Below, one piece after another: positions 36,801 through 48,664 of a stretch of DNA of 64,000 bases. Positions within the stretch are counted from its first letter, which is position 1. The number at the start of each line of letters is the position of its first letter. The stretch lies in the NCBI GenBank assembly GCA_051362555.1, contig CM120644.1:19862534-19926533 (forward strand), written 5' to 3'. Source of the stretch: Lingula anatina. Lineage: Eukaryota; Animalia; Brachiopoda. The position numbers and the translations under genes are program-made. The notes below the pieces were generated by a model, which saw only the letters and a list, made by a program, of their open reading frames with translations, did no database searches and was not told where the DNA came from.

Positions 36801-39800
36801 TTAAAAAAAAGACACAGACAACTGATCAGCTCATCCCAGATTTTTATTGTTGTTAAGCATCATGTGTACAGATTTCAGAAATATTGGACAAGATTTGACA
36901 AAATTATTAACATTTAAATATTTTAAGTCCAGTGATTTCCCAGTCTATTCAAGTAATTTTTAGTTTTCCCAAATATCTTGTCCTAAAAATACTTTTCAGT
37001 AGACGCAGTCAACTGATCAGCTTATCACAGATTTTTATTGTTGTTCAGCATCATTTGTACAAATTACAGAATCATTGCACAAGATTTGACAGAATTATTA
37101 ACGTTTAACTATTGTAAATCCTGCAATTTCCCAGTCTTTTCAATGTAATTTTTTAGTTCTCCCAAATATATTGTCTTAAAAACACTTTTCATTAGATACA
37201 GACAACTGATCGGCTTATCACAGATTTTTATTGTTGTTAAGCATCATTTGTACAAATATCAGAAATTTTGGTACAAATTTGACAAAATTATTAACATTTA
37301 ACTATTTTAAGTCACTGAATTTGCAATTATTTTCAATGTAATTTTCAATTCTTTCAGTTATATTGTTCTTGTTCCAGAGTACCCTTACAATGAAAAAGCA
37401 GGCAGTGAAAGACAGCACCAAGAGCAGCACTATGTCTTATCCATGTGTACAATACATGATATTTGGCAAGATTTAGGACATTGTCAAATATTGTGATAAC
37501 AACCCCTTCCAGAAACGCATTGTAAGGAGTAATCTTCATCTGGCATTGATAGTAAGGATAAGTCTTGTATGGGTATATATTGTTTTCCAGATGGCAGTTA
37601 AAGGTAATTTGCAACCTTCTACACAAACAACCTCAAATCATCAACAACCTCAATCACATTTGCTGTTTTCTTTCAGAATAAATAATACATTGCAATATTG
37701 AAATATTTAGACAGCTGATCAGCTTATGACAGATTTTTATTATTGTTAAGCATCATTTGTACAAATTTCATAAACATTGGACAAGATTTGACAAAATAAT
37801 TAATGTTTAACTATTTTAAGGCCTGCGATTTGCCAGTCTTTTCAATGTAATTTTCAGTTTTCCCAAATATATTGTCCAAAAAAACACTTTTCATTAAACA
37901 TAGTCAACTGATAAGCTTCTCACAGATTTTAATTGTTTTTAATTATCATTTGTACAAATTTCATAAACATTGGACAAGATTTGACAAAATTATTTATGTT
38001 TAACTATTTTAAGGCCTGCGATTTGCCAGTCTCTTCAATGTAATTTTCAGTTTTCCCAAATATATTGTCCAAAAAAACACTTTTCATTAAACATAGTCAA
38101 CTGATCAGCTTATCACAGATTTTTATTGATGTTAATTATCATTTGTTTAAATTTCATAAACAATGGGCAAGATTTGACAAAATTATTAATGTTTAACTAT
38201 TATAAAGCCTGCGATTTGCCAGTCTTTTCAATGCAATTTTTAGTTTTCCCAAATTTATTGTCCCAAAAAACGCTTTTCATTAGTCACACTCAACTGATCA
38301 GATTATCACAGATTTTTATTGTTGTTAAGCATCATTTGTACAAATTTCAGAAATATTGGACCAGATTGTACATAATTATTAGCGTTTAACTATTTTAAGT
38401 CCTGCAATTTCCCAGTCTCTTCAATATAATTATTAGTTTTCCTAAATATATTTTCCAAAAAAAAAAAAACACTTTTCATTATATACAGTCAACTGATCAG
38501 CTTATCACAGATTTTCATTGTTGTTAAGCATCATTTGTACAAATTTCAGAAATATTGGACCAGATTTTACATAATTATTAGCGTTTAAGTCATTGAATTT
38601 GCCAGTCTTTTCAATGTAATTTTCAGTTCTTTCAGTTATATTGTTCTTTTTCCAGAGTACCCTTACCATGAAAAAGCAGGCAGTGAAAGACAGCACCAAG
38701 AGCAGCACTATGTCTTATCCATGTGTACAATACATGATATTTGGCAAGATTTAGGACTGTCAAATATTGTGATAAGAACAACCCCTCCCAGAAACCCATT
38801 GTAAGGAGTAATCTGCATCTGGCATTGGTAGTAAGGATAAGTCTTGTTTGGGTATATACTTTTTTCCAGATGACAGTTATAGGTAATTTGCAACTCCTAC
38901 ACAAACAACCTCAAATCATCACATTTGCTGTAAGTAATACATTGCAATATTGAAATATTTGTTTTGGTTAATTCTCACTCTTCTGATGATGAATTTCCTA
39001 TAAACTCAACACTTAAAAAATAATATAGACAGCTGATCAGCTTATGACAGATTTTTATTATTGTTAAGCATCATTTGTACAAATTTCATAAACATTGGAC
39101 AAGATTTGACAAAATAATTAATGTTTAACTATTTTATAGGTAATTTGCAACCCCATGCACAAACAACCTCAAATCATCACATTTGCTGTTTTCTTTCAGA
39201 GTAAATAATACATTGCAATATTAAAATAATTGTTTTAGTTAATTCTCACTCCTCTGATGATCAATTTCCCATAAACTTGAAACTTGAAAAAAGACACAGA
39301 CAACTGATCAGTTTATCTGAGACGTTTATTGTTGTTAAGCATCGTTTGTACAAATTTCAGAAATATTGGCCAAGATTTGACAAAATTATTAATGTTTAAC
39401 CACTTTAAGTCATTGAATTTGCCAGTGTTTTCAATGTCATTTTCAGTTTTCCCAAATATATTGTCCCAAAAAACACTTTTCATGAAACATAGTCAACTGA
39501 TCAGCTTCTTTATATTATATAAGCCCATCTCATAAAATCAAGTGCAAATTGCATTTGATGCTGTATTCAAATAGCATTCAGTAAGATATTTTTATTTCTG
39601 TTGCAGATATTAATCAATGTGAAGAGACTCCCAGGGTGTGCAGCTTGTGTGGGTATCAATGAACACTTCTTCATCACTTCAGTGATTGCACCAAATGTAT
39701 CTGGAGGTCAGTGCTCACTACAACATGGGAAAACATAAAGTTATGTTTCCATCTGATATGTTTCAAGAAAGCTGGAATTTCTTTTGACTTGCTTTGACTT

Positions 39801-41203
39801 GCACTAGCTGTCACAAATTAAAACAGAGGCAAAAGCTAAGTACAATTAGAGTCGTAAATTGTGCCATATTTTGTTTTGCATTATTAGTTTTCCTGTGCGG
39901 TCCATGTGTCATGAGTGTTCAAAACAGGAAGTTAAACCTGGAATTTTTTAGCGTGGGATTAAGTTTTGCTCTGCGTGTGTGAACAAGCAAGTGAATCTGA
40001 TTTTTACCAAAAATTTGAATTTAAAATATCCAGATTTTTCAGATGGCAGTGTGAATGGGGTACTAGTGTTCTCTACTTTATCAGATGCACTGATTCTAGG
40101 CATATCTAAGCAGAGTAGTTTGAATTCATCATTTATTTTTTTTATCATTATTATTATTATTCTTTGGACAAGGCTATTTGCAATACTGATTTATTCCTCT
40201 CATTTTGTTTTTTGCCATAATAAAGATAAATGGAATTATGATCTAATTGCTTAAAAAAAAGAACTTAAAAAATTCATAAAATAGATATTTATAATAATAA
40301 TAAATATTTAACGTTGCGATAAAAAAGTCAGTGACCAATACTCATGTTTGATATTAGCAGTTGATTTAAATTACTAATTTAAATTATGTATGACATGCTA
40401 AGCATTTTATTCCAGATATATTTACTGGACAGACTGGGATCATATCCCTTATGTTGTTTGTGTGAGAATGGACGTCACCAACTGGTCATCTATGATCACA
40501 GAGAATCTGGGCTAGCCTAATTCCTTGACCATTGACTATGTCACCAGGAAGATGTGGTGGGCTGATGCACATCTGGATTATATTGAGTTAGTATCAGCTT
40601 TGAGTTATTGATTTTCTAGGAAAATGTGATGGAATACTCCCATTTTTTGCGATTGGAAAAATGTGGCTAAACTATATTTGTTTACATATCCTTATGCCTT
40701 TCCTTTGTTTTGATAAAATGTGTCATATTTATAACATCTTCAGTTGGTGAATGTAACCAAATTTGGTATGTTGTACTGTCAAAGGTTATTACCTGCACCA
40801 CAGCCAAGCATTCTGGAGGTTGTTAATTTGATCTTCTAACGGAGACATAAACAGTTCACTGCAGGTTCTGTAGTTTTTCTTGTTTCATTTAATATATATA
40901 AAATGACATGAAATCTAATACATACATACATTACATTTCAGGTATGCCAACCTTGATGACAGCAACAGACAGTTGGTCATATCAGGAGTCAGAACATCTG
41001 AAAAATACAACTCTTACAAAGGCCATTGAGCGTAATGTGTCTTCAACTCCTGATTGGAGGCCATACAATGTCGAAGTTTGGAGACAACTACATGTAGGTC
41101 AGTTCTTATAAATTGTAAAGTTTGTGAGTGAACTAAATATTTATTTGTAGTGGCTTTTTATGGTACTGCCAATGTGTGTTTTGTAGAATATTGTAAAACT
41201 GTA

Positions 41204-42350
41204 GGGCCTGGTTTCATCAAGGCTGGATAGCGCTATCCTATGGATAAAAATGGTCGCTATCCTCTGGATAGTGCTATCCATAGAATAGTGCGTTTCATCA
41301 ACAGTGGATAGCATTATTCAGGGAATAAATCAGAGGATAAATTTCATTTGTTTACTTGAAATAGGTGGGATAAATCTGCTATCATGCTGTTAAATCATCC
41401 AAAATGGCGAACCTGCTGGGTTTGGCAGTAAATCCTTTGAGATTTCACAGACGTAGAATGATTAGAGAGAAAACTTTGTACTGGTTGCTATAAACATTGT
41501 AAAAGTCATGATAGTTGCTGACAACAGAAGTGATCTATGCCATATTTGGGAAATAAATTACCCACAATACCCCTGTGTTCTGGTGCCATCTGTCGTCTGC
41601 TTTTCTATCTTGCAGGATGGAACCTGCTTCAACAAGCAAGAGGAAGAGAAAGGCAAACTGGACGAAAGCAGAAACAGCACTTTTAATAGAGTTTTGTGAG
41701 AAACATCATGCCATGATAAGGAACAAATTTCTTCCACCTTGGACAACATGGCCAAGGTGGAAGTGTGGAAATCCACTGCAACTGAAATATCATCAGTCGC
41801 AGTTTCAACAAGAAGTTCAGCAGAGTGTTGGGATAAGTGGAGGCACCTGGTTTCCTCTGTTAAGAGTTGTCTCAGTGAATTAAATAAGTCCAGACACCTA
41901 ACTGGAGGTGGTCCACCACCCCAGGGACTCAGTCCAACCAAAAACAGAACAGTGAACATATATGCTGGAACTCCAGCCTTTGAAGGTTTGAAAGGTGGTA
42001 AGATCAGGTTGCCACTGTTTGACTCTTTATAAATTTAATACACTTATTGTTGTTACAGACATCACCCTTTGAAATATCAAAGTTACTGTGATGAGGAAGC
42101 AGCATCTGGTTCAGAAAGGTTAGTTTCCCCCATTTATTCATGTACCTTGTATGTAAAGAATTTGTGCTCATAGTTTAATCTGTTATGAATCAAACAGTTT
42201 AGTATGAACACAGAGGATATTCCAGGATTCCTCGTGGGGGGATGCTGGCTATACTCTGCACCCATATCTGATGACACCAAAAACAAAGCCTCTGACAGAG
42301 CCAGACATAACATACAACAGGGCTCATATCTCAACTAGAAACACCATGTG
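41204..42350 (+). mobile_element. Decayed PIF/Harbinger transposon (left TIR, transposase fragments, Myb/SANT gene)
   Basis: Terminus GGGCCTGGTTTCATCAA; transposase-like N-terminus at 41404 (MANLLGLAVNPLRFHRRR); catalytic-region motif GFLVGDAGYTLHPYLMTP..YNRAHISTR at ~42225-42348. Confidence 0.85.
41617..41997 (+). pseudogene. Harbinger Myb/SANT-like DNA-binding protein (NAIF1/MSANTD-like), frameshifted
   Basis: KRKRKANWTKAETALLIE..W..ISSVAVSTRSSAECWDKWRHL..TGGGPPP split over two frames (ORFs 41575 and 41739). Confidence 0.85.
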
Positions 42351-42860
42351 TGTAATTTTCTCTTTTGAGACATGATACAGTTACTACTTTATCTCTTTCT
42401 TGAGAAATGATACACAATCCATTGATTTGATTAATTTAGTAGGATTATTTAGCTTTTACCCAGTAATAGTAAAAAACAATCTTTAATTAATTTTTTTACT
42501 ATTAAAACAACAATATTTTTGTTCTAAAATATAGCAGGACAGCTGTACTAGGTCAAATTATTTGGGAGCTTTTACATAATAGATTCAATTTAATTGTCTA
42601 TTGTATTTTTTAGCTGAGGAGACAGTAAAACCCACACCAAATCAGACATGTCCTTGCAAGAATGGTGTCAAATGTAAGCCAGATCCAGAAACTGGTGGGC
42701 TGGTGTGTTTGTGCTTGAATAGTAAGTATCTGGGTTAGAAAAACAATGACAAAATATTGAAAATGTTGTTGTAATTGAGATGAAAATGTCACAAAGCGCG
42801 GCAAACACATGAAGACTTGAATAGGAAGAGTTGTAAACTACTTTGTATCTTGTAAAATCT

Positions 42861-43041
42861 CAGGCCTGTAGCCATCAATTTCAAAAAGTTTTTTTTTTTG
42901 TCTGAAAAAGTGGGCCTTTTCCAATGAAACCTTTGTGTACCTAGATCAAATTTTACCCAGAATAGACCTTTTCCTGACAAAAAGGATGCTTCTTTTGAAC
43001 CCTTGAACCCCCCCCCCCCCCCCTCCCTGGCCACGGGCCTG
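42861..43041. mobile_element. CAGGCC-terminated MITE with 5-bp TSD
   Basis: CAGGCCTGTAGCC...GGCCACGGGCCTG flanked by AATCT; related remnants at ~13420-13575 and ~59890-60030. Confidence 0.7.
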
Positions 43042-44786
43042 AATCTACTCAAGTTTATGGGATGGTATTAAAGAAAAATGCAGCATAGCTTGCTTACATC
43101 TGAAATGGTGTAGTAATGTTTTTGTTTTTATTTTATTTAAGTCAATATTTTTGTCACACTGTATTAAAATTAATTTGATCAAATTCCAGACTATTATGGG
43201 GAATACTGTGAAAAGGAGCCTTCAGCATTCACTGGAGCTGATGCAAGTTCACGAAAGTTGAAATGACCATAGAATCTTTTCTTAGATCCTTTTTGAGGTC
43301 AATTTGAAAGACTGTATTAACTTTAAATTTTAATTTTTTTGATTATCATATCTCACTTTTAAGAAAAATTTGTTAAGCCATCTAAATGATATCAAATGCA
43401 TCTTAGAAAATAAGGTATTCAGTATCAAGCTGTTTTTTCTTAAAGGCACATAAGGTATAATCATTGTAGCAATTATTAAAAGATTCATTTAATATTTATT
43501 AGAAGTCCAGATATTAATTTTTTGGTAATGATATCAAAGGATTACCCCGCATATTGAAATAGTTGTTGCTATGATTTCAGTATGAGCAAGGCCCTGCATT
43601 CCAGTGGTGGGGGCAAGTTCAGACTGGGGCACCTGCAGGAATGGTGGCTTTCCATGGAGAAAATGTTGTGGCCATCAGCATGCCAGTCTTTGTATATATG
43701 ACAGCTCTGTGGCACAGAATGGGGTAAACATAGTCATATATTGTATAGAAATGTAATTAGTAAAAGATCTGAAGGTTGAATTTAGCTACTCAGTTGAGAC
43801 ATAAGACAGAAGATTTGGAACTTTGAACTTGAAGTATTCCATATTTTCATATATAGTTGAAAAGAATGTGTAAAGATTCATCTTTTTTTTTTTTTTACAA
43901 ATCATCTGTGAAAACATTTTATATCTATCTATGCTTCATTTACTGGACATTTTCTTTTTATTCATTGCTTTAAAGTGCTCATCTTTTTTCTCATAGGATG
44001 CAATGGAACCAGAGTACAACAAAACAGAGAATGTTGAAGACTGCAACAAACTGACCAATTTGTACAACTCAACATATGACAGTATAACAGGATTAGAACC
44101 TGCTAAACTCCTAAAAAGAACATGACCAGCTCCACTCACTTCAATGGGGTAGCAGACAACCAGTCATCAGAGATCACAGTCCACATACCACATACAAAAG
44201 TCTGTCCTTCAGTAACGGAAAATGATTACAACACTGATGTTTTAGTCACGAATACAGATTTATGAGACCAAAGATTTTTTACCATAAAGTTCTTGATGAT
44301 CATTCCACAGATGAGGCAAAGCTCAGAGGAAATATATCTGGCACAAAGCAGAATAGATGTTGGTAGTTATAGTGAAACTTTATTATGAAGTGATATATCA
44401 ATGAAACCCATACAAAATATTTGTTCTTGTGACACAACTCAGTCAATGTAACAGTGGAGTTGATATGAAGATTTCTGATGAAAATACAAAACAGCACTTT
44501 GCAGTTTGTTTTGATACATTATCCTAAAAATACATCTGTGTTGGCTTCTTTGGTGTACTCAACATTCCAAGAACTTTTGTCTTGCTTCAGAAAAGGGTAG
44601 AAGATAAATTTATATTTTACAGTGTACAAGACATGTTAATGTTTTTTTCTTTTGGCTTTGAACTGTATGTTATGTGACATTTATATAGATGTCTTCAGAT
44701 GGATATTTTATTAATACTGTATAAATGCTTTTAGGAAACTGGAAAAAAGTTTGTCCCACACCATTGCAACATTCACTTACATGTAA

Positions 44787-45305
44787 TTTTTATTTACAGA
44801 CAGAAATCTGATGTGTCTGTTCATATTGCTGTCATCTGCGTCTGTCACAAGGCTTATTCAGAGTTATAATGATAAGTGGAAAACTATTTGACTTACACAA
44901 ATAGCATTAAAATCATGTCGAATTTTGCTTTAAAACTTAGAGGGCTGTTTCATATGTACAGGTTTAATTTGAAAATTATCTTAATTGGTTAAGCTTTGAT
45001 GAAGTTATCCTTTTTTTGTATATATATTAAGTGGTTTTTCCTCAGATTCAATTCTTAGACACGTGAAAAGTCTCATTATTGAACTTCTAACATATTTAAA
45101 TGTGTTCTTTTGACTTTTTCTGCATCTTTAGAATTTTGTTTATTTTATAAAAATGATGTTTAATCTGTTATCATGTTTTATGAAATAAAGAGTCAAAAAT
45201 GGAAATAAAATTATATCAGTACAGATCGTCAAATTCAATCATTCACTGTGTTCAGAATCTCTGAATGGAGCAAATCAGATATTTAAAAATCTTCTATTGA
45301 TGTAT
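44787..45305 (+). mobile_element. Old diverged HINE-like remnant
   Basis: Degenerate match to the head and body of 19246-20075 (gatgtgtctgttcatattgc..tgcgtctgtc; aaattcaatcattcactgtgttcagaatctc). Confidence 0.7.
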
Positions 45306-46835
45306 TTTTAAAAATTTTGTTTGAATAGAGGCTTACAGATACTGTAATACTGCACTTCAGATTTTGTAATTCTTTTGGTGTTAGTGCATTATTCTTTATA
45401 CATGAAGATGTATTAATTTCAATTTTTAGATATTAGTGCAAGAGTATTTTTTGTTTGTTGAGTACATGCATGCCAATATTATATATGTTCTTCATTATTT
45501 CACTTTAATAAAGGATGTTTTTGGGGGGAAATGTGTATGTTTAATTGTTACTCTTTTTCTCCCCCTAATCTTTTATTTTTCACTTACATTTTTAGAACAA
45601 AAATTGAAAAAAATAGAATCATATCAATAAGTAGATTTTCCAATTAAAAATATGCAAATTGAAAAATTCTGATTACCTCCAATAATGGATTATGCTCTGT
45701 ATAATTAAATAGTATTTTTGATGATAACAGAAAACTGTGCATGCTTTTTCTTTTGATTTCTGCTATGTGTCTGTTCCAATCAGTTAACTTCAAATGATAA
45801 TAAACACTTTTAAACTTTATACTTATGACTTCATCTTTTCATTTCTTGGTTTGAAGAGCCTTTTAATATAAATTCTTATTATTATACATTTTTTTTCAAA
45901 TTCGCCTGCAATACCTTTAACTGCTATATCATATTTTTGTTCTACTTTATACTAATTAGTAATTTAGTCCTATTTGTTTTGTCTGAAAGACAAGGTAGAT
46001 TATCTTTTTTTCTAGCTATGAGTTATAATATTGAATCTGACTATAAGATATTATGTTTAATGACCATAACGTTTTTCCTGGGTAGATTTTAAAATTTATT
46101 TTGCTGTTGCCCTGAGTAGCCAGCCATGATGGAATATACAGGATGGGTGTCCTGTGACTTGGGAAACTCACAAGGTTTCATTTGCAACAAGGCAGTGTAT
46201 TGTGTGTATGACGGAAATGGTGTTTCTAGAATTGGAAAGGGTTTAAGTTTTTAACAGTAATAAACTATTTTTAAAAACCATTTTCAGTTCTGTGCTTTAG
46301 AGGATTACATCTTCAAATAAAGACGTTTTCTACATTTGGCAAAACATTTAACCCACTTATGATTTCTTCTCACATTTTCATTAATTCTGAGAGAGGTGTG
46401 ATTTTTGTATCTCTTCGAAACTTTCCAAAATACTTGTCTGATATTCCACATGCTGACAAAATAGTTATAACATCATTATTATCTTCATTAATCAGACATG
46501 TACCCAATGGATATAGTATGGATGGAGTACTGTGTTCTGAGGTGAAGTGGTTAATTTGTCTCTTATTAATTAATCCACAGGCAAATGGAACCAAAGAAGA
46601 AGTGCCTTGCTTTTCTTTCGGCGGGTGTCTAGATGAGTGCCACATGGTAAAAGCAAAACTTATATAGTCTGTGAGCAAACCCGTTTGTCTCTGAGCAGGA
46701 AGCAACTCCACAATTTTGCACCTCAATGTGCTAACTTTTTGATTGATAGTGATAACAAGATTTATTTTACAACAAAAACCTACTGCCAATCTTGAGCATT
46801 GAGGAGAAATTTTATCTATACACAAAAGTTTATTT

Positions 46836-47542
46836 ATTTATTTTTATTTTTTTTTTGTATATGTAATGCCATTAAATATACAATCACCACCACCAGTTGA
46901 AGTGGAAGGCTGCATCCTTAATAACACCAGCTGCTTTACATATCTAGGAAGCATTGTAGCCACGGATGGAGGAACCAGTAGAGATGTCAACAACAGACTA
47001 ACCAAAGCCAGAAATGCCTTTAAGAGCTTAAACAAAATCTGGAAATGCTCTCAATATAGTATAAAAACCAAACTCCGAATATTTGAGAGCTGTATACTAT
47101 CAACTCTTCTCTATGGTTCGGAATGCTGGCGCATAACTGAAGAAGATATAAAACAGTTGTCTACTTTTCACACTTCAAGCCTCAGAAAAATATTAAAAAT
47201 ATTTTGGCCAAGAACTATATCTAATGATGATCTGCTAAAGCAAACAAACCAGAGAAGTATAAGTGAAATCATCAGGACAAGAAGATGGAAATGGATTGGC
47301 CATGTTCTGAGGAAAGACCCAAATTCCACCACTAAAGTAGCCATGTACTGGACACCAGAGGGGCATAGAAAAAGGGGCAGACCCAAGACCACATGGAGGA
47401 GGACAGTTGAAGCAGAATTGAAACAACTGGGTGAAAGTTGGGGGACAAATTCAACACCTAGCGAGAGACAGAGAGGAGTGGAGGACCTTTGTTGACGCCC
47501 TAGACGCCCAACGGCGTAACAGGAGATAGTAGTAGTAGTAGT
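46836..47542 (+). mobile_element. 5'-truncated RTE-clade LINE
   Basis: ORF 46866-47495 is the RT C-terminal region (FTYLGS..LLYGSECW..RRWKWIGHVLR..RKRGRPKTTW); (TAG)n tail; 14-bp TSD ACAAAAGTTTATTT (46822-46835, 47543-47556). Confidence 0.95.
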
Positions 47543-48325
47543 ACAAAAGTTTATTTTTTATTTTAAATATGTGTTTATCTTTCACAGTTCTCTATGAAAT
47601 TTCCTTGTTTTAATGTTTTCATTATGTATCTAATAAAATATCTTGAAATAATATCTTGCTTAAGTAATTACATTAAATCTGAAAATGTAATAAAACAGGA
47701 GATATTTTTGATATAGGCATGCAAAGATTTTTTAAATACAAAATAAAAGCAAAATACATGTTGATCTTGAGTGTGTGTAAACAATGAAAATTGATACAAT
47801 ACCCTACAATATCTAAACCGATTATTTACCAATGTGGACTTGAGACTATGGATGGAAAAGTGTTCATGTAAAATTATTCCAGTTATGTATGTAGAAATAC
47901 ACAATTTACAGGAACTATGGAATTCTAAGAATAAAGATGTGTTAAATGTCAAGTCTGCAATTGGGATGTAGAAAATTTAAAAGAGTTCATTCAAATCACG
48001 ACTTTCAAAACCCTTGAAAGTGTTTTATTTGAAAACATTACTAATTCAAATTTAATTTGGACGATACCAGAGGATGTAGTACATTAATTCAGACCTTCCT
48101 CAGACTGTTATTTTGTTTTACTCAGATCTATTTGGCAAAAATTAATATACCTTATAATTTTGCACCTCACTGCTGAATGCCTGATACTTATTTACACACT
48201 GTGTTGGGGGTGGGGTCATTTTCCTGTCCCAAGTATTAACAAAAAACATGGAAGGTTAGGGGCACTTGTGTATGTTGAACATTTCATATCACAACTGTTT
48301 TGGGGAAAATATAAGATATGTTTAA

Positions 48326-48664
48326 AGGGATAATACCTCTTCATTTCGGCCAAAAAATGAATTTTCCTGGAGAAAACAATAATTTTCCCATACTTACCAA
48401 TTGTTAATGAATCCATTTTTACATTCAAAGTTAGTCCCTGGTTTTTTTCTAAAAAGTTTGGTTTTTTGTTAAAATCTCTTAAGAGATTTTAACAGAATAT
48501 AGCCATCAATGGAGGTCACATGGTCTAAAGACAAGCTCAGATATTAGAATAATAGCTATAACTGCCGTTTTTTTGTGGTAAAACAGAATATATTATATTT
48601 CTATGAGTTATTCACATTGTTTTTATTGTGAAATATAGATCTCATACGAAGAGTTATTATCCCT
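48326..48664 (-). mobile_element. Kolobok-type MITE (inverted copy)
   Basis: Reverse complement of 36464-36800 with TTAA flanks. Confidence 0.9.

Larger units (their letters stand above)
31481..39510. repeat. Higher-order tandem array: ~450-bp segment (7 copies plus a partial) alternating with variable numbers of ~180-200-bp monomers
   Basis: ttccagagtaccctta at ~31485, 32537, 33849, 34611, 36064, 37372 and 38650; monomer core caactgatcagcttatcacagatttttattgttgttaagcatcatttgtac. Confidence 0.95.
39607..44265 (+). pseudogene. LRP2: LRP2/megalin-like LDL-receptor-family exon remnants (unprocessed)
   Basis: EGF start DINQCEETPRVCS (39607); YWTD exon [35 protein letters not shown] (40416-40586, TAG at 40513); YANLDDSNR (40942); EGF CPCKNGVKC..VCLC (42614-42721) plus YYGEYCE (43190); cytoplasmic exons 43581-43723 and 43997-44265 with a decayed NPxY-like TNLYNSTYD. 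Many exons, including the TM segment, are missing. Confidence 0.8.

Noticed and set aside
31343-38904. Recurrent ~90-aa minus-strand ORF (MCKRLQITYNCHLENNIYPYK..) in satellite units
   Set aside because: Non-ATG starts, frameshifting indels in at least two copies and no recognisable domain; recurrence is explained by tandem duplication.
46370-46825. 151-aa minus-strand ORF next to the RTE insertion
   Set aside because: Non-ATG start and no recognisable motif; cannot be supported without a search.
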